NCBI GenBank assembly: GCA_973895155.1
Contig: OZ316896.1
Coordinates: forward strand, 2,418,001 to 2,482,000
Reading direction: 5' to 3'
DNA length: 64,000 nucleotides
From: Marsupella aquatica
Lineage: Eukaryota; Plantae; Marchantiophyta
The notes under the pieces were generated by a model. That model was not told the DNA's origin and made no database searches. It saw only the letters and a program-made list of their open reading frames with translations. The first letter of the stretch is position 1. The number at the start of each line of letters is the position of its first letter. The translations under genes were made by a program, and so were the position numbers. Of this stretch, positions 37,545-50,437 are shown piece by piece.

Positions 37545-40500
37545 TCAGTGTGCAACTGCTGTTGATGAAGTCAACTGCAGAAGGAAGGTGGGCTTGATCC
37601 ACTTCTCCCTTTCATCTGCAAATGCTGCTTCCTCCATTGTGAAAGTCACACCCGGATCTGGCCACGCCTCCGATGGTGACAGGACTGCTTGTTCCTCATC
37701 GGACTCAACATTGCTTAAGCTTATGAACTCCATTGACCCTTCATTAGAAGTCTGGCCATTCTCAACGACCGTTGAAATTTGATCATGGTTTCTAACAACG
37801 ACTTTACGTCTGATTGGTTGTTGCTCTACTGTAGAGAAATACCTCTGCTTGCTCTTTACACCTAACTTTATGCCACTTACTGGTACATCAAGCTTAACTT
37901 TCTTCTTGGGATGGTGAAATTTGCACGTTGATCGGTCAAGGCACTCTCCTGTCTCCGCATAGACAGAACAGACATACGTGTGCTTTTTGTTGCACTGCAA
38001 AACACAGATGTAATTTACTACCACTGATACTTAGAGTCTTAGTGCTCAGTACTAGATCGTTGGATATTCATGCATGCAGCTGAAAACTGTGAGAAGGGTA
38101 AAGCAGGTGCTGAATCCATCCTTCAGAAACTTGTGAGGAAACTTGGTCTCACAATTTTCGGTGCACTGAAGACACACTGGCGGCTTGTGACGTGCAAATG
38201 CCTCCGGCAACATCGGCTTTTCTACTTGCGACTTGCACTGGCCATCGAGCCTCACAAGAGGGCTCCGATGGTCAGTGCAGCACATGTTAAAAAGCCATCT
38301 AACAAATAGTGAGAACAAGCATTCAAGAAGTGAAAATATACCTTATCTCCGTCTTTGCAGTACCCTCGAAGAAATCCATCGCAGTAAGAAGCTTTCGGAT
38401 TCACGCTTACATGTCTATATGGACAATTCTCATTTGTGCAAAGACCTGTAAACCAAATGACCCTCCAAATCAGGAACGACACCCACTGAATATGATTCCT
38501 TACAGTGCCCGATTGCGAAGTGAAAGACTGAATTTATTTAGCACTGGGGGTCAATCAGGCCTATTAGGAACGACTACAAACCTTCCAGAAAGAAGGAACA
38601 GTCCGGCATGCGCTCAGGAATGACCTGCAATAAAACGGAGGGTGGTTGTGTTTAGGCCAACAATCAGGATTGTGAGGGGCTGTCTCAAAAGAACTGATCA
38701 TGGTGCTCAAGCTTCAAAGCACAGGGCTCAAATCTCCTTATTCCGGAGTTTAGTCTCACAAAAAACTATACCTTGTGAGTCAAGAGGCACTGGACATCCG
38801 TGCAATTCCCCTTCAAGAACTTTGTGCAAACCGCCACTTTTTCGGGATCATGGATGTAAGGACATTTTCCGCTCTCTTTGTTGCACTTTCCAAATTTTGT
38901 AAAAAACTGGCAGTACTGCTGCTTCTTGGCACCCCGCGATCTTGCATTGTGCAAACTCCACCGAACCTTCTCACTGGCAAGAGCACGACTGGCAGTCTTC
39001 GGGTCTCGAACAAGTTGATTCCCGTTTCCAACTCTCAAATAGCTGCACATAAAGGACAAGCTGTGAAAAGCAAGCAGAGACAAAGATCAAATGCATTGTG
39101 AACCTGAGGGCTTATACTTCTACAAAATTTCAAACGGATTATGCACCACTGCCAGCAACTCAATCCTCAAAGTAATCTGAAGCCAAAAAGGATAACCTTT
39201 ATTGAGAAGTTGAGGTAAAAGAGTAACTTACACAGTGCCACCAATTATTGACCTTCTTGGAGTCAGAAGTGGTGAGGTCATAGCCCATCTTGCTGAAGAA
39301 CCTTTATCTGTAGTTCCAGCTTCTCCTTGTAAATCTACGATAATCCACAAGTAGGCAGGACTTAAGATCCCAAACAATAAAGCAGAAACAGGTCAATCAT
39401 CAAGCTTGCCCATGCACGAGGTTGCTGCATTGCTACATGCTTCCTCTTTGTCAGGAGATCTGCGAAGTGCATGACTCTCAGAGATCTTGTTGAAAATGTT
39501 CTTGAAATACCTTGGACTCGCTGTAGTGTCTTCGACGCAGCATCCATCTTGTATCGTACTAGTCCAACCCACACAATTCGTTGTCCTTCACCTGTCGCAT
39601 GGAAAACTATCTCCTTAGAAAGTTCAGAAACATCACTCCCGTTTGAGCAGAAAATCCAACTGTCGTTGCAAATGAAACCTCTGTGAGCATGACCAAATTG
39701 CAATTTGAAGGAGATTTTCCGCATAATTGAAAAATGATATTGCACTTCATCTGCCTACGGTGGCAAGACTGTACAGCTCCTCTTGTGAGACTGATCTTTC
39801 AAGTGCTGTGTGAAGCCAATCAAGCGAACATGGAATTAGTGCCTGGCGTGGCATGAACATGTGCAAACATCTTTGACAGGTCTGCAGCTTTCCATTCCGA
39901 TTCCCACCTCGTGCAGCCTTACGAACAGCTCTTCTTTCATCCTTCGCTTTTGCGGCAGCCTCCACAAATGCCTCTTTCTCTTTTCTTTTCCTTCTCTCCG
40001 CTTCTGCAACAGCCTTCGTGACCTCCTGGATCAGCGGAAAATCGTAAAGATGAAGCCACAATGTGAGTTTCTGCTACAAAGTTTAACTTATAGGTTTAGG
40101 CATATTGTCTTAGAAATGATAAGATCTTCCTAATGCTAACAGCATCTGGGTAACAGCAAACCCTGATACTCTACAAACACACATCACACCATAAAGCGTC
40201 AAGATGTCGATATGACTTACCACACTAACAGTCCATATAAAAAGTAAGACGGTTTCCTCCTTCACTTGCCAAAATATTAAACATAAGCTGACTTGACCAA
40301 CCAGATTCAAAACCAGAGAATTGGGCCCGTTTCGGGCACGAGACCATTTAAAGATATCGAGAATGCGACACTAACCTCACTTGCTTGCTTGGCACGTTTT
40401 TCAAGGGACTTGGTCCACTTCAGATTACCACCGCCTACACTCATAACCCCTGATCGACGCAAGGAGAAACCATCTGCTGAACGTGTGTACACAGGCTGGA

Positions 40501-43500
40501 CTGGTCGTACTTTGCGCAACCTTTTACTGCAAATAATCAATACATCATTTGAGATCAAAGACAAGTGACCAAGTGTTGGACCGGAAATCCAGATTATAGA
40601 TGCACTTGACCATGGATCTTACACAGCACAAAATTTGGCTCCTAAGGAGTGATTCTGACGTCATACCTCATCAGAAACAGGAGAGATCCCTTCTTAACTT
40701 CCGGCAAAGGCCTGAGCTTCTGAGACCTTACAGGTGTCCTCAGATTGTTTGGCCTCTTCCAAGGGAACAACGATGACCCTGTACGCCGATTTTCAGCGGA
40801 AGAGCTGTTTGCATCTGCACCGTTTAGTGTCCATACCCAAGATGAACGCCCTGGAAAATCCTTCTTCAATCGCATACCTGCTGCCACATAAGGGATGACT
40901 TTAGGAGACCCACAAATCGACCGAAATGCTCTTGCTACCCTGAGCTTAAGGCCGGAACGGTGACAATCGCTCATGCAAATAGGAAACTGGTCAACAAAAA
41001 GAACGTCCCGGTTAAACATACTGGTAAAATTTCCTCACCACAAACACAAGGAGATAAGAATTGAGATATGACCTCTGCCCCGCCTCATCTTCTTTAGAAC
41101 TAAGGTACTTCCACGTCCTTGTTCTTCTGGAATGTTAGAAGAGAGGCCACTGCCTAGCGAATTTCGTGCAACATTTCGACCCAAACTTCCTTTACCAGAA
41201 ATGCTACGAACAAGTTGATTAGTTTTCCTCTTGAAATAATGACCCAGCATATAACCAGTCTTGTTGGCGTGCATACCGTCAGTATCCACCGATAAAAGAT
41301 TGGAATTTTGTGGGGGAGCCACAACAAGTTGGTTCGCTTTCCTACGCACATACAATCTATTGGTACTGCCCGGCGTTTCAAGAAATCTACTGCCTAGGTT
41401 TCCTGGCACAGATATTAAATCCGTGCTGTGGCTGGAAGAGGTCTTATCGATACATCTGCTCACACCAACTGCGCCTGAACGATCATCAGGTCTATCAAGG
41501 ACTGAGAGTTCAGGCCTATCAAGGACTGAGAGTTCTGGGGAAGATTTCACTCCAGTTGGCTGCTCCTGGTGTTGTCTCAAGAGTTTACTAGGGTTAACTT
41601 GCGGGTCTGATGCCTGTAGAATAGCTCGTGGTGAGGTTTTCATGAAAGCTGATTGTGAAGATTGTGACTTACCGAGGTCACTGTTTCTACTAAAGATCTT
41701 CGGAAGGTTGACCGGTCGTACAGAGGATGCAAAGGCTGCATCACTCTCAATGATAGGAGCTAAGTATTTTCTATTTGTTGAAAAATAGGGTTTCGAGGTT
41801 GTAGGATTTGAAGTAAAAGCGTTTCTAGAAGGAACGGGTTTCGTCATGGGAAGTGTCTTCGGCAAGGGCCTTGCTTGTCCTGGAATAACGGAAACGGCCT
41901 TCATATCGTTTGTAGATGGCAAATTTGATGCCCCAGGAGCTCTTACTAGGCTATTTCCTTTCCGCACATACGCAGTACTTTGGCCACTTTTGGATCTACC
42001 GGCTGATTGAATTACTCCACCAAATGACCTTGTTGATCTAAATACATTGGCATTAGTAACAGGTGTAGAGCTAGAGGACGTGCCTCTGCGCCATGTGTGA
42101 GCCCCGGGAGCATGCGATGAGCTTAGCTGCCCCCCCGGAGCAGGCGCAGCTGCAGTAGCCTTTTGCAAGAGTGGCAATGGCGGGTGCTGCTCCTGGGGAA
42201 TTGAAGGTGATTCTTCAAATTGTACTTGCCCTAATGGAAGGTCGTGGGCAGTCGATTTCAGATCCTTTACGGCATCATTGGAAATAATCACACTTTGTTC
42301 AGCTTTGTTAGGCTTATCAAGGGGTGACAAGGATTCATCCCCTGCCTGCCCTACCGGTGGACAGACATCCTTCTTTGACCCCTGGGTGACCGCCGTGCAA
42401 TCCGAATTCCTTCCCTCGGACACAGAATCCTGACCCTGATCCTTGGTTGGCAAATTCGAGCTCTCAACGATATGATGGTGCATAGATCCCAAGTCTGTCG
42501 GTGTTTGATCGATTCGTTCGCCGATATGAGCATTCAGATTCGCTCCAAAGAGTCGTACTTCTTTTGGTGTTGATAAAGCAGAGGATGACATAGGTACAAC
42601 TGAGATCCCATTATCTGTTTCTTCATCAGAATGACGTTCCAAAACCATCATTTTAGAGTTACCTTCCAAGGACTGCAAACATGGCAGGCTCATCACTGCA
42701 GGTGGAAGATTTGGATGCTCAAAATCTACAGCATCCAAAGAAGCTTTCGATGGATCCATATCTGACCCTGAGCCAGTAGGAGTAGATCCCATACCGATTG
42801 ACTGAATAGTTTTTGAAGCAACTTCAGATGGCTTACCTTCACTGATAGGCTGCTTACCTCCCAGGTCTGGCTGGGATGAGGTATGGTCGCAATCGAGTGG
42901 GGAGGTATTACTTCCGAACCGTTCAGACTTTGAATCTGGACTTGGACTTTCTTGCCCTGACAGGTCTTCTGAGGAAAGTATTGACAGACTACCTTCACGC
43001 TTTTCTTGATTTAAATTCTGTACGGGGATGACAGCCTCTACGGGTAGAGAGGAGCTTCTGTGCACAACCTTTTCAGTATCGAGAACGCTTTTCTTCAAAA
43101 TTTGGTCCTTCCTGTGGCCAGTGGCAATGACTTTAGGATGCACCTTCAATCCATTGCCGGGCAATTGATCGGACCCTTCAGCAGCTCCCATCTCTGAGGA
43201 ACAAAGACGCGCAGTACCCCCAGAATCCCCTGATGGCAAGGCAACCCCGTCCTGACAGGATATCGACTGGTCTGGATTCGTAAGTTTTGGACTCTCGACA
43301 AGCGTAAGGTCCTTCTGCAAGCCTCCTGCGCCTTGCTCTGACGGAGAAAATACTTTCTGACCATAAGGGACCAATCTGCTTACAACTGACTCTAGTTGTG
43401 GCGAAACATCCTGAGCTTGAACTTTCTGTGAATCTTGGTTTGGCCATTCACACGGCTCTGCTTGCCTACCAGGAACCCGCTCTGCAACAAAATTCTTTAT

Positions 43501-46395
43501 ATTTAAATTCTTCAATCCAGAATCTTCAAACTCCCGGGAAAAATCAGTGCTCCTGGATCTGCTGGAAATTTGGAAGCCAGGAAATTCGTGAGGGCTGCTG
43601 TGGACTTCATTACGTGCAGATGTCTCAACAGGAACACTGGGAGACTTCGTACTCGATGATGGCAGGGACACCTTATCATGGACTAAAAGAAGACTGTTAT
43701 CCTTCCATTTGGTCTCCGCAGCTGTTCTCGTCGAATTAGTCTCGGGTCTCAAACCAACCAAGCGGGAAAATATCGACTTATGCCTGTGAGGTTCAGGCTC
43801 ATGTCTTTCGGTACGTGCGATCAGTTCATCCTTCACAAGTTGGGAATAAGGTGGAAAACGGTCCTGTGAAATGGGCTTCTCAAGATATTGTGGGCGAGGT
43901 GAGCAATGTGATCGCGGATTTTTCTCCAAGTTAGCTGCTGGAGACCGCCCTTCATACTCCTTCCTCTTTGCCAAACTAAACCGATCTCTTCCTGAGTTGG
44001 CGAGGAATGGATCCTCAGAACCACATCGAAAACTTCCTCCACGTTGTGATAACAGTCTGTGATCCTTGTTAGTCGCCAGGCTATCAACGCGAGCTTGGGC
44101 GGTGTCTCGAGTTTTGTACTCCTCAACCTTCACGATGCGCTGGCCGTGCTTCTGCAATGAAATGGTCATTTCTCCAACAAGTCGACTATCCTTCGCTGTT
44201 GCAGTTGTTTTAGAGGTACTTTTCCGTTTCATAATGTTTGCGGTTCGTCCGCTTGATTCCTTCCTAAGTCTGTCTGACAGAAAACTGTCAAGCTCTCCAC
44301 CTCCGGACCTACTGTCTCTGAATTCTCTGGAAGAGTTTAGAGGCCTTAAGTCCCTCTCTCTCCGCATAGTGTCCTGTACCTGATTCTGATTCTGGTGCGG
44401 TCCATCATAGTAGAGCCTCCCCGCTGATTTGGAATTCAAACCACTGGTACGGCTTTGCGATTCCTTGATACCTTCTCTACTACTACGCATGTCCAACAAG
44501 TCCGATTCAAAACCTGCACCCACAAGCTCAAACCGAGATATAGTTCGCTCGTTATTCTTATATCTTGGAGATGGAGGACGCTTCCGGGTCAGCAAAGACT
44601 GCTCTCTCGACCTGCCTTTGGGCTTCAGCTCATCCCCCTCTAGAATTCCGTTCTCCCTTGCTTTCGGAGAGCTTGAAGAGCGCGACTGTGGCCTCGAACT
44701 TGGAAGGAATTGGAGAGCCTCCGAGGAATATACTGAACTGCTGTGATTTCGGAGACCAGTGCCTTGAATTTCCACGTTCGGTGTACCTTCTGTTCTAGAG
44801 GATATGACAAGGAGATCTTGCTCTTGCTTGAGAAGGTGGGTCTTAGATTCATGACCGTGCTGCTGCTGAGCTTTCTGAGAAATGATTGGAGGCGGTGGAG
44901 TAACCTGTCCCTCTTCGTGCTCATCATCCTCAGTCTGCAGCTTCCAGTAGTTCCCTTTGTGTTGATGAATTTCCTGATTCGGTTCATTTTGTTGCACATT
45001 CGCGGCGGGACCATCCTCCTGTGACTGCAGCTGCTGCCAATACTTTGCTGCTTTGTGTTTCTGCATTTCCTGATTCCGTTCCTTTTGATGTCCTTTCGCT
45101 TGGTGCGCGCCCTCCTCCTTCCTAAGCTGCTGCCAATACTTTGCTACTTTCTGCTGCTGGAATTTCTGATTGCGATCCTTCTGTTTTCGCACATTCGGTT
45201 TGTGCTCATCTTCTTCTGCCGGCAGCTGCTGCCAGTACTTTCCTCTGTGCTGCTGAACTTCCTGATTCCGTTGTTTTCCCTGTGCATGTACTTTGTGCTC
45301 ATTTTCTTCAGCCTGCAGCTGCCAGTATTTTGCTGCTTTGTGCTCCTGAGTTTCCTGATTGCTTTCTTTAAGTTGCCGAAATCCGGATTGAGGCGAACGA
45401 AGTGGAAGAGGAGTACCTGAACTGTTCATTCCCGAGAGCTTTCTGTGCCTTGTCAGTCTTTCTCTATCCAAATTAGCCTCCTCCTCTCTATTCCTTTTCC
45501 TTGACAAATTTTCCAACTGATATCCACGGCCAATTGCGTGATGTGCTCTTTCCAAGTTACGTGAAGACGACCGATCACCATAGCGAGCGATTAGTTCAGC
45601 ATGACCATTCTCCTCAGCTCCAAACCTGATTCTCCCATTTCTAGTAAGGGGATCCAACAGCTGCTCTTGTTGCTGCTGCTGGGCGGCCACAGCAGGACGC
45701 TCATGATAAGCCCTAGGCATCTCCACTCGAGCAGCTTCGTCGATAAGGCTTAAGTGACTTCTCATAGCGCTCTTCATAAAATCGTTACTCAAAATCCCAT
45801 CCGTTTCTCTAAGTCTAAGATTACCCGCGAAGACTTCTCGAGGAATAGCCCCCCTGGGGAACTCTCCTCGCGAAAGGTTTCCTACGGATTGTTGTTGCTG
45901 CCTCAACCTGACCTGCGGATCATCAACGCGCAAGTTCCGATCCATGCGCCCTCTAGTAGATATAGATCCAATGTGCCGGATTATACCCCCTCCATCCCAG
46001 TCCGTTGGTTGGCCTCCAGGCCCGGGACCCTGATGCACCAACGAGTTCGCTAGACTCGGCAATGGCTGAATCGGGTTCACCCGACGCTGATGCAAGGCCA
46101 TATCGGCGGCGAGTGCTCGCTGCTGCTGGTCATGTGCAGCACTCCACAAACCCCCGGCTCCTCCTCCAGCCATCCTTCCGACCTCTTCCTCCTCTAATCC
46201 ATCGAATCGTTGGTGCTGGGCGAGGGAGAAGTGCGGATGATGCTGCTGCTGCAGCGTCTGGAATCCCACTGATCCTCCTCCTGCTCCAACTGCGGATGCT
46301 GCAGCTACAGGGTGCTGCTGCGGCAGCCTGGCACCGGTAACCCGATCCCTCCTGCTATTATCTATAAGAGACATCAATGGTCGAGGCCCCGCCAT
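37545..46395 (-). CDS. SOP1: Large CCCH zinc-finger protein, SOP1/C3H7 (ZC3H3-like nuclear exosome cofactor)
   Basis: A ~5.3-kb first exon carries YVRKGNSLVR, YVRRKANQLV and YFKRKTNQLVR. Later exons give SLEKRAKQASE, YLRVGNGNQLVRDPK..ALASEKVRWSL and five tandem CCCH fingers (YCQFFTKFGKCNK..CPYIH, VCTKFLKGNC, etc.). First ATG at 46395; stop at 37545-37547. Confidence 0.88.
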
Positions 46396-46610
46396 AAAGC
46401 CCCAATATCTAGTTGGACTCAACACCGGACGTGATAGGTAGATTGATCGATGCTCGATTAAACGACCTAATCCATCTGTTCGATTACAGCAGTCATAATT
46501 GATATGTGGTCATGAAAACAGACCTTACGATGCCGATCGCCGCTCCAACGCATCATGCAAGCGGAGAAGCAGACATCAGACAAGCAGACACCAGCGCAAA
46601 GTGGCCTTAG

Positions 46611-46829
46611 AAATCCTCTAATTCCGAAAACTGTTTTCCTCCCGAAGCTCCAATTTCGTAGCATCCAACCTAATCAAGTAGTTCAAATCGATTAAAAGCA
46701 GTCCAGTCCACCGCCAAGCGGCCTCAAAAATCCTCTAATTCCGAATTATATTTTCCTCCCGAAGCTCCAATCTCGTTAAATCCAACCTAATCCAGTAGTT
46801 CAAATCGATTACACGCAGCCCAGTCCACG
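46611..46829. repeat. Tandem duplication, ~117-bp unit x2, in the SOP1 leader
   Basis: aaatcctctaattccgaa...ttttcctcccgaagctccaat...tccaacctaatc.agtagttcaaatcgatta...cagtccac occurs twice. Confidence 0.85.
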
Positions 46830-47489
46830 GCGCGGCACGGCCCGGCCCGGTCCAGTCGGATCCCTTCCTGTCCAATCTACAATACAAGAATTTAACCAAC
46901 CAACGGCAATGACAAACGATCAGACAACGAAACGACTAGATGATGATCGAGCAATCTCGTTCCTTTCGCGCACTGTGCGAAAATCAAATCAACTACTTCA
47001 CTCCGAATTAGGCCAACACGCGTTTGACTGTGGCCCTAACGCAAAGCCCGAATGCGGCTCGAACGGCATCGAACCTAAACGCAAAACACTTATTACTGAA
47101 GGCTTGCTACCCTTCTCGGTTTCAACCGAGACAAAAAAAAACATTCGAGTCTGTCCGTTTCTTTGACCGATGTTGGATATCCGACATGACGAACTGATGA
47201 TCAACAGTAATCAGTCACGCACGGACGGAATTTATTCAGGGGGACTGACATAACAGAGAGCACTAAATTCCCATTGTCGCCCAGAAGTCCGACGAAAAGC
47301 ATCGGTCTTCGTGCCGTAGGGGTTGTACTACAAGCTTTGCTACACTACTACAGTACCAGACAGATTTGGAACTCTGGAAAGGTTCGCTGTTCATGTGAAA
47401 TCAGTAGAGACTAGAGAAGGCGCTGAAACGGTCATCTGTCAGTGTTTAGCGTTCGAAAGCGTGACGGAGCAGGTATCGATGTATAGCGT

Positions 47490-48173
47490 GTGAACTCGTC
47501 ACTTCACGGTGGCCTTTTGGTTTTTTACTGGGTTACTCTTGACTTGTTTGGCCTCTTTGGCCTTCTTGGGGTCTTTTGCTTCCCCCCTTTTTTGGGGGTT
47601 CTTTCGCCTTTAGGACCATGTCTCCCTTGGCGTGTATGTCTTTTTGGTGATATATATGACACTCCATTTTGGACTGATCTATTGTACTAATATGCACTAT
47701 TTTTGTTCTAACTGTGAACTCGTCACTTCACGGTGGCCTTTTGGTTTTTTCCTGGGTTACTCTTGACTTGACTTGTTTGGCCTCTTTGGCCTTCTTGGGG
47801 TCTTTTTCTTCCCGCCCTTTTTTTTTGGGTTCTTTCGCCTTTAGGACCATGTCTCCCTTGGCGTGTATGTCATTTTGGCAGTGTGATATATATGGCACTC
47901 CATTTTGGACTATTCTATTGTACTAATATGCACTTTTTTTGTTCTAACTGTGAACTCGTCACGGTGGCCTTTTGGTTTTTTTCTGGGTTACTCTTGACTT
48001 GTTTGGCCTCTTTGGCCTTCTTGGGGTCTTTTCCTTCCCCCCATTTTTTGGGTTCTTTCACCTTTAGGACCGTGTCTCCCGGTTTGGCGTTTCTGTCTTT
48101 TTGGAAGTATGACATATATGGCACTCCATTTTGGACTAATCTATGGTACTAAGATGCACTGTTTTTGTTCTAA
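47490..48173. repeat. Tandem repeat, ~225-235-bp unit x3; member of a dispersed family
   Basis: gtgaactcgtcac..ggtggccttttggttttt at 47490, 47714 and 47950. The tail (catgtctc...ttttggcagt.tga.atatat) also occurs at ~8040-8070, 15330-15440 and inverted at 15980-16650. Confidence 0.9.
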
Positions 48174-48327
48174 CCAGCAAGTGCTTTAATTGCTCATAAA
48201 TATATGGAGAATAGTTTAGTGCCTCTCAAAGCCTTCAAAATTGCAGACAATGGCTTTTGGCAGTAACTTTTCACAAGCTTATATAAAAGTTCTTTTTTGT
48301 CTTTTTGGAATAGCCTGTAGAGTGACT

Positions 48328-48651
48328 TATTGTTGGCAAATGATCATTTTGTGTGGCTTATGAATTTGGTAGTCCAAATCTTTTTTGGGTCAGTAATTTA
48401 ACTATTGAGATAAGGTCTATCAAATTTGAAGCTGTGAGACTCCCTTATGTGCCCATTTCCACTGCCATCCAACTTAGTTGTGTCCCGAGTAACATATTGT
48501 TGGCAAATGATCATTTCTTGTGGATTGTGAATTTGGTAGTCCAAATCTTTTTTTGGTCAGTAATTTAACTATTGAGTTAATGTCTATCAAATTTGAAGTG
48601 AGACTCCCTTATGTGCCCATTTCCACTTCTATCCAACTTAGTTGTGTCCCA
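48328..48651. repeat. Tandem duplication, ~167-bp unit x2
   Basis: tattgttggcaaatgatcattt...ccaacttagttgtgtccc at 48328 and 48495. Confidence 0.88.
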
Positions 48652-50437
48652 AGAGTAATGGGAAACCATTTTGGAATCATTGACTAATATTTTCTACATT
48701 GTCACTCTTGGTTTTGTCCAACTAGCCCATGCAAGCTTTGCTGACAAAGAAATGGTGACTATGATCATGCCCATTCACCCCAACTCTAGTTGTGCCCCTC
48801 TAGTCATGGCCAAAAGGCTTCATTCCAGACTGTAAGGCTGTGCTTCCTATCCTGCTTTATAGATGAAAGCGCCTGAATGCCCATTTTTCGAACTAGCCCA
48901 GGTTACCTCTTCTTTGAACTTGAATAGAGGAGAAGACAATAAAAGTGTCAACAAAATATATTTGCTATCACTATGTTTTGAAGGCTAATGAAATGATAAA
49001 AAAAACATCATGTCTGGACCCCATCATTCTAACAATCATACATAGCATAAAATCCTCCTTCTATGCACATGTTTGATGGTGAAGCCTAGAGTCACAGTCT
49101 AGAGGCTTTAACTCTAGACCTCAACTCTAGCTTCCCTTCACCCTTTATATATAAGATGGCAACAGATGATGACAAAGTCAATATGCATGACATATCATAC
49201 ACCCCATCCTGCTCATTCACATACATTTGGTGGGGCCCTTGAGTTATGGTCTAGAGGCTTCACTCTAGAAGCCTAGACCCTAGCTCTAACTTGTGTTCCG
49301 GTTTATGTTTGCGCTTGATAACAAGATTATAAAGTTTGCCACTTTTTTAGTTTAATTACTACATTGCCATCTTTTTCTACGGTTGGTTAAGCAAAGTAAC
49401 TTTGATTAGTTTCGAATGATCCAATGGTTAACATCTCATCAGATTATATCATCGAATATTTGTTATCATCCTCAACTTTACCTTAATACCCTCACCCATC
49501 CTCAACCAGGGGGACAGGGAAGTGGGCAAGAGAGTCGGGCAACCAACCAAGATGGGCAGAGCAAGTTGGGGAGACCAAATTAAGAGACCCTACTCAATCT
49601 TAAGACTTGGAAAGGGTGTTGTGATTAGGGTAGAGGACATGATGGCCATCTGTGAGTAAAACCTGGTTAGATGTAGATTAAGAGACTTGTTGTTAACTAG
49701 ATTTACTTTGTTTACCTAACAATGGAAAATAATGGAAAATAATAATTGAACAGAATGTAGTAAATCTCAAAACTCATTTATTGTGGCCCGTTGAGCCCCG
49801 CAATTCCTATGTTGCACAAAAGGTGAAAACATGAGGATCTATATCTTCACATTTACTAATGTATGATTGGCTGATCCACGTAAGTGTAGAACTTTCTTGA
49901 CATTAGTTGCCCGGGCAAGTGTAGCCCAAGGTGTAACCTCCTTGCGCCAAATGAGGTTCTGAGATCAAACTTCATGAGTCAACTATCTTTTGCATAAACC
50001 CACATCTCAAGTTGGGCTTCACCATAGCCCCTTTGCACACAAAGGACTTGACACTTGGAAAAATTGGAGGTCACTATGGTATCATATAAATGGAAATGGG
50101 CAGCCAAATATCATCAAAGAGTGTGACTCAAGTGCTTGTAATTACATCGGTGGTCTGGCATTTACTGGTGGTACTTTAGTGTAACATGTCAACACTCCCA
50201 TTTGAGAAAATTGAGACCTCCCAAAGGATGAGACATCCAAAAAAGTGAATGCCTCTATGAACAAGTTGTGGTTTATGACTAATTAATCACAATCATAAGA
50301 CCTTATTATGGCAGTGTTTTGACACACTCTAAGAGGCCTTATCTAGCTTTGGATCTCACTTTAGATAGATTTGTGGGTTCATTCTAATAGTAATGTCCTT
50401 AGTGTCTGCACATTGATGTTCAAACTTATAGGTCCAA

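Noticed and set aside
49950-50400. Faint Ty3/gypsy integrase-like words (FSKW, FGCP) on the minus strand
   Set aside because: Too fragmentary and dependent on frameshifts to call.
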